IMG/VR virus record: IMGVR_UViG_3300025652_000424
Location: 1 to 27,214 of that record
DNA length: 27,214 nt
Reading direction: 5' to 3' (one strand)
Source of the DNA: a virus
Lineage: Duplodnaviria > Caudoviricetes
Within the stretch, counting starts at the first letter, position 1, and the number at the start of each line of letters is the position of its first letter. A model generated the notes under the pieces. It was not told where the DNA came from and made no database searches. It saw only the letters and a list, made by a program, of their open reading frames with translations. This document shows, piece after piece, positions 8,019 to 16,900 of the stretch. Both the position numbers and the translations under genes were made by a program.

Positions 8019-9452
8019 ATGGCATTTTCACAACAATCATATACAGGACAGGGAATCGTTCAGCCTACCGAGAGATCTCGTGTAGGTGAGTTTCTCGGTG
8101 AAGGACTTGCAGGTCTGGGATCAGGTATTGGTCAAGGGATAGAGAAGTTCGCTCAAAGAAAAGAAGAGATGAAGAAGCGTGAGCAGTTCAAGAAAGGAAC
8201 TATCACAGCTCTGACTGCTCTCGGTGCAGATGCAGATCTTCTTAAGGGAATGGAGGCTACAGAACTTGCGGCCTACGCTCAGATGTATCCTCAAATTTCT
8301 GAAGGTAAGTTTTACTCAGAGTTTGTAGAAGCAAGTCAGCCTCAAGATGTTCCCGTTGACTTTGCTCCTCAAATTGCCGAGAAGGAAGCACAGCTACAAA
8401 GAGCTCAAGAGGAGTCTATTTTTAGGCCTGAGTTCAAGTTTACAGCCGATAAGTTTACTGACTCTGTCAGTGACTCAGAAGCTGGCAGATCTTTGGCAGA
8501 GTCTGAAGCTAGGGCTCTTGAAAGATTCAGTCTCCCGTCATCAGCCGTCAATGCGTTCGCTCCTTACGGAGCAGGGGCGATGCCTAGGCAGACTCAAGCG
8601 CCACTCCCTGAGACCGCAAGATCACCAGAAATCGTAGCTCGAGAAGAGATGCAGGCTATGAGAAGGTATGCTGCCCCTGTGCAAACATATCAGCCAGCTC
8701 CGAGTCGAGCTCAAGGCCCCTTAGGCCCTGAAGCTATGCCCGGTCCTTCTGAGACTGTAGTGAAAGCAGCTAAGGATCTTGAACTGCTAAAAGTAGCAGA
8801 GCAGAAAGGTGAGACAAGATCGGAGACAGCTACTGAGGTCAGAGACAGGTTAATCAAGGATATACCAAATCTTGTCAAAGAGAATCCGTTGATGGCAAAG
8901 CAGGCTTACGAACTGTTGTATGATCAGGACAACAAGCTGACGTTTGAGAACAAGCTATCTCTTCTCAAGTATCAAGACTCAGTGAAGTCTAGGTTTATCC
9001 CCGGGCTAGGAACTGCTCCGTCTGTAGAGACAGCAAAAGAAATGAGGACTCTGCAGTTAGCAGATGATCAGATTCAAACAGGTATTGGAAGGCTCCTTGA
9101 GATTCTTGACACTCCCGGCAAAAGGCTTGACTTCAATCTCAAAAAAGAGGCTAACACTATCGTGGGTCTTCTCACTGGAGCTCTACGTGTTCCTATTGTT
9201 GGCCCCGGCGCATTCTCTGAGTCCGAAAAGGAAATGATCGAGAAGATTATAGCAAACCCAACAAAGCTATTCAGCATTGATAGTAATACAAGAACATCAC
9301 TAAACACTCTATCAACAAGAATGAGGGCTGACAGGGACTCTTACGCCAAATTAATTGGACTGGATCCCTATCAAGAAGGAACTGCTTCCGGTCAGCAAGC
9401 ATCAGACGTAAGCCGTATGTCTTTTAACACTTCCACTGGTTTAATTGAATGA
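8019..9452 (+). CDS. Internal virion / ejection protein
   Basis: N-terminal Gly-rich amphipathic segment (GEGLAGLGSGIGQGIE) followed by a charged coiled coil, a Pro/Ala-rich middle and a helical C-terminus; lies between the pilot-like and giant internal proteins. Confidence 0.6.
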   Translation: MAFSQQSYTGQGIVQPTERSRVGEFLGEGLAGLGSGIGQGIEKFAQRKEEMKKREQFKKGTITALTALGADADLLKGMEATELAAYAQMYPQISEGKFYSEFVEASQPQDVPVDFAPQIAEKEAQLQRAQEESIFRPEFKFTADKFTDSVSDSEAGRSLAESEARALERFSLPSSAVNAFAPYGAGAMPRQTQAPLPETARSPEIVAREEMQAMRRYAAPVQTYQPAPSRAQGPLGPEAMPGPSETVVKAAKDLELLKVAEQKGETRSETATEVRDRLIKDIPNLVKENPLMAKQAYELLYDQDNKLTFENKLSLLKYQDSVKSRFIPGLGTAPSVETAKEMRTLQLADDQIQTGIGRLLEILDTPGKRLDFNLKKEANTIVGLLTGALRVPIVGPGAFSESEKEMIEKIIANPTKLFSIDSNTRTSLNTLSTRMRADRDSYAKLIGLDPYQEGTASGQQASDVSRMSFNTSTGLIE

Positions 9453-12400
9453 AAGAAATATTCGTAGAGGACTATAACACTGTTGTCGAGTTCCCTGACG
9501 AAACTTCCAATGCAACCATTGAGTCATCGCTCAGGAAAAAGTTTCCAGAAACAGACGAGAAACTGGTAGCTCGATTCGAGAATCCAGACACGCCATCGTC
9601 CTCTCTTACCCGGGAGGACTTTGTCCGTTATAGGGCTGCAAAGCCTGAGATGCAGTGGTCAGAGTTTCCCGGCCTTGTAGCTCAAGCCGCTGGCGTAACT
9701 GTTCAGAGGATCGCGGAGAATCTCCCGGCGGCCATAGGCACATACATGAACATATTTGATCCCGGCACTTCTGCTCGCACCTTTATGGAGGGAGCTGCCC
9801 GGGGAGCCTATGACACAGAGATTCTCGGCAGGATGGCTAATGACTATCTGGGGTCGAAGCTGGATTCATTCGGGGGAACAAGTGAGAACGAGACCACTGA
9901 TCAGTTCAACAACTTTCTCAAACTCAAAGAACTTCAGAATGTCAGAGGTGGTATCGAGCGAGGTGAGGAGTCTGCGTGGAATGAATACGCAGAGTTTGCT
10001 GGTATGGATGCAGCAAAGATTGACCTCGAGAAAGTAGATACCAAGGCAGCAGAGCTCACGGGTGAATTTATTGACCCCAGTCTTTTAATCCCTGCAGGCA
10101 AGGTGGGGTCAATAGCCGCTAAAGGTATTACTAAGGGGCTATCTGCCCCAACAATTGCAGTGGGTAAAGGGCTGTCAAGGGCGGCAGACCTGAGCAGAGA
10201 CGCTATCGAGCGAGGCAAGAACATTGTCAAAGGAGCTTCAGAAACAATTGATGAAGCAACGGGAGGCCTAGCTAACGTGGCAGTTCCCGGCGGCATAGGT
10301 GCAGCGGTAGCTAGTGGCATTGTTGGAGCAGGCACAGCTAAGACTTTTGGCACAGTGCTGGCAGCTCCTACTATTCTTGATGTCTCAGGAGGACTTCTGC
10401 GCGGTTTCGGAGAGGCAATGTCCAGCAGCCCTACAAGGACAGGTGGTCTAGGAAGACTAGCTTTACATCAGCCTGATACAGTCGCGGGTAAACTTGCGGG
10501 CAGACTCAAGTGGCTGGATAAACCTGTTGAGTATGCAGGCAGAGCTACCGCTGGTGCTGCAGTAGGTGCAGGGATTGGCGGCGCTATAGGATTAGCCTCA
10601 GGAGGCCTCGAGGGACTCGCGCAGGGTATTGGGTCTGGCGGCGTTCTCGGTGCCTTTGGTGGTGGTGTAGGGAGGGCTGCAGAGGGCCTAACAGGGTCAG
10701 CACTCCGTAGAGCTCAAGACAATGACTTTAATCAGTGGATCGAGACCAAAACCCCAGAGGACAGGGTGAGACTTGAGAAACTTTCCAGAGAAGACAAGAT
10801 TGCAAGAATGGATGCAGAGCAGATCTTGTTGCAGTCATCCGTGGAAGTCAGGCATGTGGATCCTGACTTTGTTGTGGATGAAGCAAAAGGCACCAAGATG
10901 GGCGAGGCAAGCGGCATGATGCGTATCGAGGCAGGCAAGCCAGTTGTGTTCCTTAACACAAACGCAGGCACACGCACAATGCTTCATGAGACCCTACACG
11001 CTCTAGGCAGGCTCGACGGATTTGACACGCTCGTCTCGAACGTGAAGAACACTTTCCAGAGAATGTATTCTGCTGAAGAAATGAACAACTTCATTCAGCA
11101 GTATGAGAAGCGTCTGGATTCAGAGATTGGCGTTGATCCTCAAAGAGCTCAGAAACTGAAGGACGCAGGATCCACTGACGCAAAGGTAGACTACATTCTT
11201 GAGGAGCTGGCCGCAGAATACTTCGCAAACTACATCACAGGAAAGAACAGCAACTACATCTTTTCAGGCAACAGCTTTTCAGAGTCACTGAAAGGCGCTT
11301 TCTCTCGGTTCACCAAAGGCAAACTTGACCGAGTCTATGACGCATTCCAGAGCCCTATCTTCGATCAACAGATCAAGCAGTCTCGACAGCTCGACAGAGC
11401 TATGAAGGATTTGGTCAAGGCTCGCAAGAAAGCAGGCAGAGACGTTGAGACATCGCTGAATGAGCCCGTCAAGGTTTACTCAGACGCTGATCTTGCAGAT
11501 GACGCTACCTTCGCAGAGCTCGAGGCAATGGGAGTCGCAAAGACTGACGCCAAAGGCAAGCGCTTCATCATGAAAGATGCCGAGCAGAAGCGTGTGGCCA
11601 AAGAAAGGGCTACAACTATCGGCGGTATCCTAGACAACGTCAGTGAACCTAAAGATATTCCCGTAGAAAAAGACAGCTCAAAAGAGAAAGACAGCGGGAG
11701 AGGCGGGGCCAAAGGCCGGGGAGCAGGCAAAAGAAAAGGTAAGCGAAGAGGGAGAGGCAAGAGCAGAAGCAAAGAGAAAGACAGATCTCAGGGAATCGAG
11801 CCTGAAGGCGGCCTCGTTAAGCAGCCAGACGGAAGCTACAAGGGGACTAGGTTTAGTGCGGGACAGCTCAAGGCATTGCTCGATTCTCCGCTGATCAATG
11901 ACACTATCAAGGAAGCCTTAAGGCAGCTTGATAAAATTTCTCGGTCAGACCAATACGTCAACATTACTTACGGGGCTTCATCAATGAAGACCAAGTTGGG
12001 CAAGACTAAAGCAAGGAACTTGCCCATCAGCAATCGCAATGGCCTGATATATGACATTGTCATCAGTCCCAAGACAGGAACTATTGCTGGTAGGATTCTT
12101 GACATGAGCACTACTGAGACCAGAGCCAGTAGACTCTACAGGGAGAGCGCAGAGATGCAGAAGGTCTTCGGGTCCGAGGCTAACATGTTTGCAGACCTGC
12201 ACACATACATCAACGCCCTGACTGCTGGTGAGAAACGCACAGCAGAAATCCTAGGCAGCCAACGCAAGAGCGACTTCCTTAACAAGATTCTAGCTATCAG
12301 GAACGTCAAGGGTAACCCTGAGATACCGCAGGTAGAGCTTACACCCAGACAGAGAAGACTGCAGGAAGGCAAGCAGGATCACCCGTGGAGATCGTTCCGT

Positions 12401-15400
12401 CTTGACCGCATTGTTGCTATGCAGCAGAAGGAAGGAAGGCCAGTCATGTCATTCTCTGAGGCTGCCTACCAGAGAGGGCAGACACACTTCATGCCTGATG
12501 TAGACCCGAATGGATACAGGATGGCTCACAGGGCTCCTGACGGCACGTATGACGAGGGCTCCATCGACAAGATGGACACTGTTTACCCCAAAGATATATA
12601 CAGCGCAAACGGTGCTAGGTATTACGGGCAAGATGACTTTGAGAGTAGGAAGACAATACAACTTTTCAGAAGTCTACGTGGAAAACCTGAAGCCGAGCTT
12701 ACGATTTACAGGGCAGTTCCCAAAGGAGTCTCTGAGGTGATAAACCCGGGAGATTGGGTGACACCGTCAAAGCAGTATGCAGAGCTTCATGCAAATTATT
12801 TTGACGAAACAGGCGCAGTCATTCTTGAGAAGAAAGTTAAGGCTAAGGAAGTCTACTCCGAGGGCAATAGTATCTTTGAGTTTGGGTGGAATCCTAAGGC
12901 CCCGGGAGACGCACGGTTCTCACCCGGCACTGGCCGTAGCAAGACTGATCAGGATTACCTGAAGGCTGCTAAGGCGAAGGTAAAGGATTACGACAAGCTT
13001 CAAGATATAGTAAATCAAAACGCTGAAAATGCAGGCTACACTATTGGCCCTGTATACCACGGCACCAAGCGTGAATTCAATGAATTCAAATCAGAGCGAG
13101 ACCCTAACAAGTTAATATATCTTTCTTTCGATAAGCAGTTCTCAAAAGAGTATGCGCGAGGATTTGGTGGTCACAGAAAACCGGATCCCTCTGTAATGAA
13201 AAAGATTGATGAAGCTGATGATGCTTCAACAAGGCTTTTCAAATCAGAACTTGATGCATTGACTGAAAAATACGGAGCTGATTACGCTATCCCTAGCTCC
13301 AGTATGCAATCTGCTATTAACAAATCAAAAAACCTTGAAAGATCGATGCTCGACGGAATGACAGCAACTCAAGCTAGATCTGAAATGGGCATAAGAGTCA
13401 TTAACTCATTCCTTAAAGCAGATAAAGTTTTCGACCCTAAAGACGGGTGGAGTGAGTTTTCAGACACAATCTCGAATCACTTCGGAGTCTCTAACATTAA
13501 CGAGCTAGACCCTCGGGCTCTAAAGATGCTGAATGAAGGGGACTATATAGCGTGGGAGCCTTCCAGAATTATTGATGAAGTGTTCAAGAAGTATGACGCT
13601 ATCAGGCTTGCAGAAGAACCCGGCGGCCCGTCAAACACCATAGCAGTCAGGGATCCTGAGCGCATTAAGTCTGCTGACCCTATAACCTATGAAGATGATG
13701 GCAGCATCATTCCTCCGTCTGAAAGATTCAAGGACACCACTGCAGACATCCGCTTCTCACCTGAGCCTGACAGCCCCGCAGAGGTCAGGAAACAAATGCA
13801 GGAGCCCGTTGAGTCTGGCACTCCTATGAATGGAGTGTTCACACTTACACCCGATGTCATAGCCAGATTCAGTCCCGCAGTAAATGATCCCGGCGTCAAC
13901 CTTGAGCAGCTAAACGGTAAGAAAGTTTTCTTCATGTTTGCTGACCGTATGCTGGTTGGTGACTACGTCACTCGGTCAGGTAGAGTATTTAAACTGAGAG
14001 GAGGGCCTGATCACCCAGACCTTGCAGACAATCAAGGTAAGATTGCGTGGGCTGTTGAGGGAGGGGCTATAGGATCTAGGCTCGATAAAGCTATCAGGAT
14101 GACTGACGGTATCGGAATTGTTGTTCTTCAAGATGAGCTGGCAGTTGCATCGAACAAAGACTACTCGGAGGTCATGATGGAAGAGCTGAAGTTTGATATG
14201 GAGAACAACCCGGCAGTCAAAAGAGACCTGAAAGAGCTGCTTGAAGACATGTCTGCCGCAATCCGTCAAACAATCAAGAAAAACAGACTCAGCAAAGACT
14301 CTAGAGACAAAGCAACAGCAGAAAAAGCTGGCAAAAACTTTACTCCATCGAAGCCTAAGAAATGGGAGAAGATTGAAATTAAAAGCCTCAAAGACCTTGA
14401 GAGCGTTTTCCCAGAAATGCCTTTCGAGGTCAGGAAGACTATGTGGCAGAAGTTCGCTTCCAAAAAATACAAAAATAAATACGGAGGCATTTTCTGGAAG
14501 GATGTTGCCGAAGGCATGTCCGCTTACAGGGAGAAAGACGGATACAGGACTGGCGACATCGTAAAGGCAATTCAGTTCGATCAATCGGGGCCATCGTCGC
14601 TAGTTGATCCTCGTGACTTAGGTTTGCCTGTTCACCCTTCTTACAGGCTGGGAGTTCTTGGTAAATCAATTTCAAACATTAAGGGAAGGCTGAGTGTTTT
14701 CGATTTACTACGCAAGCAGTTTGAGAATCGGGTTGACCCGGTCACTGGCGCACCAAAGTTAGACCAGAGAGTTTCCAAAGAGGGTGATATAGGAAAGTCT
14801 TCATTCAGGACGCTAAGTATGAGGAGCCTAACTGACCCAGAATTCCAACCAACAATCACTCCCAAAATTCTTGACCCACGCACACACAAGAATCCGGTGA
14901 AACAAAAGTATGGGTCATCATTGGGTAAAGCTAGGGTTGAGGCAATGAAGAAAGCCCGAAAGGACGCCAACAAGTTCTCTCCTGCGATGGACCCTCTGCC
15001 TGCAAGCGCAGAGACCCAAAGGTCTGATGTTACTTCTCGAAGCTACGAGAAATTCAGTGGCATGATCGACGATGAAGTCACTGTGCTCGACGCAGGCGCT
15101 GGAGAGGGCGCAGGATCGAGGATCATGAGAAAAGGTAACAGGACAGTAGACACGCTGGAACCGTTCCCTTACGGATCCTCAGGGGATAACAGAGCTAACT
15201 GGAAAGATGACCAGTCTCCTACTTATCTGGCTATGGATGAAGTTCCATCAGACAGCTATGATGTCATATCATCTTTCTCTGTTGTTAACGTATTGAAGCC
15301 AGAGCAAAGGACTGATCTCATACAGGGGATTGGTAGAGCCCTGAAACCCGGCGGCAAGGCTCACATCAAGTCAAGGACACCGGGAGATGTCAGGGCAGCT

Positions 15401-16294
15401 AAGTCTAAGAAATCTGCGGGAGAGAAGAACGCTTACCTAGTAAAGCAGAAGTCCGGTGACTATGCGTATCAGGTAGGCTTTACTCAGGGAGGATTGAAGT
15501 CAGAAATCCAGAACACACTCGGAGACGGATTCACCGTCGAGAGTGGGAAGGGGCTTGCGGGATCCTACGTGGTTGTGACGAAGTCAGGAGCAGGAAGCGA
15601 AGGCGCTAAGTTTTCCCCGGCGATGATGGATGCAGAGTATGCTAAGGCTATTCAATCGGGAGATACTGAAACCGCCAGAAGACTGGTGGATGATGCAGCA
15701 AGGGAAGCTGGATATGACACCGAGCAAATCGCGTATCACGGCACGGACAAAAATTTTGATAAGTTCGATGTTTCAGACAGTGTAGGAATATGGACTGGCA
15801 CGGAAAGTGTCGCAAGCTTGTTTGCAAGACTGAAATCATTTAGGTCAAAGAGAAGCCCTAGAGTCATTAAGGCTTACGTTAAGTCGAACAATCCAGCAAG
15901 TAACATTGGTTTGGGTTTGAAGGTTAGAGGTGAAGAAGCAGTGAAACAACGAGAGATGCTGAAAGCAAAAGGATTCGATAGTATCATCAAGGATGGTAAA
16001 TACCTAATTTTATTTGACCCTAACCAAATCAAGTCTGCTGATTTGAAGACTTATGATGATAAAGGGAACCTCATACCACTCTCTCAAAGATTTAACAGTC
16101 AGTCTGATGACATTCGATTCTCCCCGGCAAGATCTCTCAACAACAGAGGAGGAGCAGTTTATAACACTCCAGAAGGCCACAGGGCTGTGCAGACATCCAG
16201 CCGCGCAGGAGTGAGGGTCTACGGCCCAACAGGACGCCGTATAGGCCCTGTGTTTGGATCCGTTGAAGCAGCCGAGCGGTATCTAAGCAAGTAA
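9449..16294 (+). CDS. Large polyvalent internal virion protein (2281 aa): Gly-rich membrane-like region, zincin metallopeptidase, three ART-like domains, an unknown domain and a class I SAM methyltransferase
   Basis: N-terminal VEFPD motif; Gly-zipper hydrophobic region at about 10270-10690; HETLH (10985-10999) plus EELAAE (11201); IYRAVP..NPGDWVT..YA domain; two YHGT...IKSAD domains; VLDAGAGEG...YDVISSFSVVNVL methyltransferase motifs. Confidence 0.85.
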   Translation: MKEIFVEDYNTVVEFPDETSNATIESSLRKKFPETDEKLVARFENPDTPSSSLTREDFVRYRAAKPEMQWSEFPGLVAQAAGVTVQRIAENLPAAIGTYMNIFDPGTSARTFMEGAARGAYDTEILGRMANDYLGSKLDSFGGTSENETTDQFNNFLKLKELQNVRGGIERGEESAWNEYAEFAGMDAAKIDLEKVDTKAAELTGEFIDPSLLIPAGKVGSIAAKGITKGLSAPTIAVGKGLSRAADLSRDAIERGKNIVKGASETIDEATGGLANVAVPGGIGAAVASGIVGAGTAKTFGTVLAAPTILDVSGGLLRGFGEAMSSSPTRTGGLGRLALHQPDTVAGKLAGRLKWLDKPVEYAGRATAGAAVGAGIGGAIGLASGGLEGLAQGIGSGGVLGAFGGGVGRAAEGLTGSALRRAQDNDFNQWIETKTPEDRVRLEKLSREDKIARMDAEQILLQSSVEVRHVDPDFVVDEAKGTKMGEASGMMRIEAGKPVVFLNTNAGTRTMLHETLHALGRLDGFDTLVSNVKNTFQRMYSAEEMNNFIQQYEKRLDSEIGVDPQRAQKLKDAGSTDAKVDYILEELAAEYFANYITGKNSNYIFSGNSFSESLKGAFSRFTKGKLDRVYDAFQSPIFDQQIKQSRQLDRAMKDLVKARKKAGRDVETSLNEPVKVYSDADLADDATFAELEAMGVAKTDAKGKRFIMKDAEQKRVAKERATTIGGILDNVSEPKDIPVEKDSSKEKDSGRGGAKGRGAGKRKGKRRGRGKSRSKEKDRSQGIEPEGGLVKQPDGSYKGTRFSAGQLKALLDSPLINDTIKEALRQLDKISRSDQYVNITYGASSMKTKLGKTKARNLPISNRNGLIYDIVISPKTGTIAGRILDMSTTETRASRLYRESAEMQKVFGSEANMFADLHTYINALTAGEKRTAEILGSQRKSDFLNKILAIRNVKGNPEIPQVELTPRQRRLQEGKQDHPWRSFRLDRIVAMQQKEGRPVMSFSEAAYQRGQTHFMPDVDPNGYRMAHRAPDGTYDEGSIDKMDTVYPKDIYSANGARYYGQDDFESRKTIQLFRSLRGKPEAELTIYRAVPKGVSEVINPGDWVTPSKQYAELHANYFDETGAVILEKKVKAKEVYSEGNSIFEFGWNPKAPGDARFSPGTGRSKTDQDYLKAAKAKVKDYDKLQDIVNQNAENAGYTIGPVYHGTKREFNEFKSERDPNKLIYLSFDKQFSKEYARGFGGHRKPDPSVMKKIDEADDASTRLFKSELDALTEKYGADYAIPSSSMQSAINKSKNLERSMLDGMTATQARSEMGIRVINSFLKADKVFDPKDGWSEFSDTISNHFGVSNINELDPRALKMLNEGDYIAWEPSRIIDEVFKKYDAIRLAEEPGGPSNTIAVRDPERIKSADPITYEDDGSIIPPSERFKDTTADIRFSPEPDSPAEVRKQMQEPVESGTPMNGVFTLTPDVIARFSPAVNDPGVNLEQLNGKKVFFMFADRMLVGDYVTRSGRVFKLRGGPDHPDLADNQGKIAWAVEGGAIGSRLDKAIRMTDGIGIVVLQDELAVASNKDYSEVMMEELKFDMENNPAVKRDLKELLEDMSAAIRQTIKKNRLSKDSRDKATAEKAGKNFTPSKPKKWEKIEIKSLKDLESVFPEMPFEVRKTMWQKFASKKYKNKYGGIFWKDVAEGMSAYREKDGYRTGDIVKAIQFDQSGPSSLVDPRDLGLPVHPSYRLGVLGKSISNIKGRLSVFDLLRKQFENRVDPVTGAPKLDQRVSKEGDIGKSSFRTLSMRSLTDPEFQPTITPKILDPRTHKNPVKQKYGSSLGKARVEAMKKARKDANKFSPAMDPLPASAETQRSDVTSRSYEKFSGMIDDEVTVLDAGAGEGAGSRIMRKGNRTVDTLEPFPYGSSGDNRANWKDDQSPTYLAMDEVPSDSYDVISSFSVVNVLKPEQRTDLIQGIGRALKPGGKAHIKSRTPGDVRAAKSKKSAGEKNAYLVKQKSGDYAYQVGFTQGGLKSEIQNTLGDGFTVESGKGLAGSYVVVTKSGAGSEGAKFSPAMMDAEYAKAIQSGDTETARRLVDDAAREAGYDTEQIAYHGTDKNFDKFDVSDSVGIWTGTESVASLFARLKSFRSKRSPRVIKAYVKSNNPASNIGLGLKVRGEEAVKQREMLKAKGFDSIIKDGKYLILFDPNQIKSADLKTYDDKGNLIPLSQRFNSQSDDIRFSPARSLNNRGGAVYNTPEGHRAVQTSSRAGVRVYGPTGRRIGPVFGSVEAAERYLSK
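11681..11784 (+). repeat. 14-bp perfect direct repeat AAAGAGAAAGACAG (11681-11694, 11771-11784) flanking an R/G/K-rich coding segment
   Basis: Read directly; the copies are 90 nt (30 codons) apart and both encode KEKD. Confidence 0.85.
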
Positions 16295-16297
16295 CAC

Positions 16298-16329
16298 AAA
16301 AAACCCGCAGGGCCAATACACCCTGCGGG
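16298..16329 (-). terminator. Intrinsic terminator for the minus-strand cassette (possibly bidirectional between convergent genes)
   Basis: Perfect 9-bp stem CCCGCAGGG (16304-16312) / CCCTGCGGG (16321-16329) with an 8-nt loop; A6 at 16298-16303 gives a U-tract on the minus strand. Confidence 0.85.
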
Positions 16330-16411
16330 AAGACATAATCCACTAACGAAGTTGCACCGCGACAAATAACCAAAAACGCGACACAGTTCTTCTTTTACTT
16401 CGTCAATACCT

Positions 16412-16900
16412 TCATGTCAAAATGTTTTTTGCGGGTATTCCTACGTGAGTTCCTGCGTCTACGTCTTTACATACGACAGCGCCTGCACCAATTACACTGC
16501 GACTGCGGATAGTTACACCGGGAAGAACAATTGCTCCTGCTCCTATAGATACACCGTCCTCGATTGTCACTCCTTCGCACAGCCAATCATCTGCCGTCTT
16601 TATTGATCCGTCTTCATTAATCGCTGATGGATACCTATCGTTTGCAAGAATTACTCCCGGCCCTATAAACACACCGGACCCTATGACTGAGCCTTTGTAT
16701 ATGTTGGATCCGTTTTGGATTTTACAGTTACGCCCTACAGTCACTGACTCGTCTATAAACACTCCCTTCCCGATAGTGGTTCCACTGCCCACACGCGCAA
16801 GTTTACGTATGTGAGCAAAGTGCCATACGATGACGCCCTCTTCTATCAGGCAGCCGTCTTCTACAATTGCGGTTTCATGAATAGTCACAGCAGGTCTCAT
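16412..16900 (-). CDS. Hexapeptide-repeat (left-handed beta-helix) N/O-acyltransferase, WbpD/WxcM-like
   Basis: Likely start at 16900 (MRPAVTIHETAIVE). Motifs VWHFAHI, VGRNCKIQN, VFIGPGVILANDRYP, IGAGAIVLPGVTI and VIGAGAVVCKDV...GIPA. Confidence 0.9.
   Translation of the reverse strand: MRPAVTIHETAIVEDGCLIEEGVIVWHFAHIRKLARVGSGTTIGKGVFIDESVTVGRNCKIQNGSNIYKGSVIGSGVFIGPGVILANDRYPSAINEDGSIKTADDWLCEGVTIEDGVSIGAGAIVLPGVTIRSRSVIGAGAVVCKDVDAGTHVGIPAKNILT

Noticed and set aside
13976-14584. 202-aa minus-strand ORF, and other antisense or alternate-frame ORFs such as 301-597, 9934-10353, 20659-21060 and 25055-25453
   Set aside because: They lie opposite well-supported genes, have no recognisable motifs and look like shadow ORFs.
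16330-16411. Possible small RNA or promoter (minus-strand TTGACG at 16406-16401; CGCGACA direct repeat at 16358 and 16377)
   Set aside because: No -10 element at the proper spacing, and a 7-bp repeat is too short to support a call; probably the 3' UTR of the cassette.
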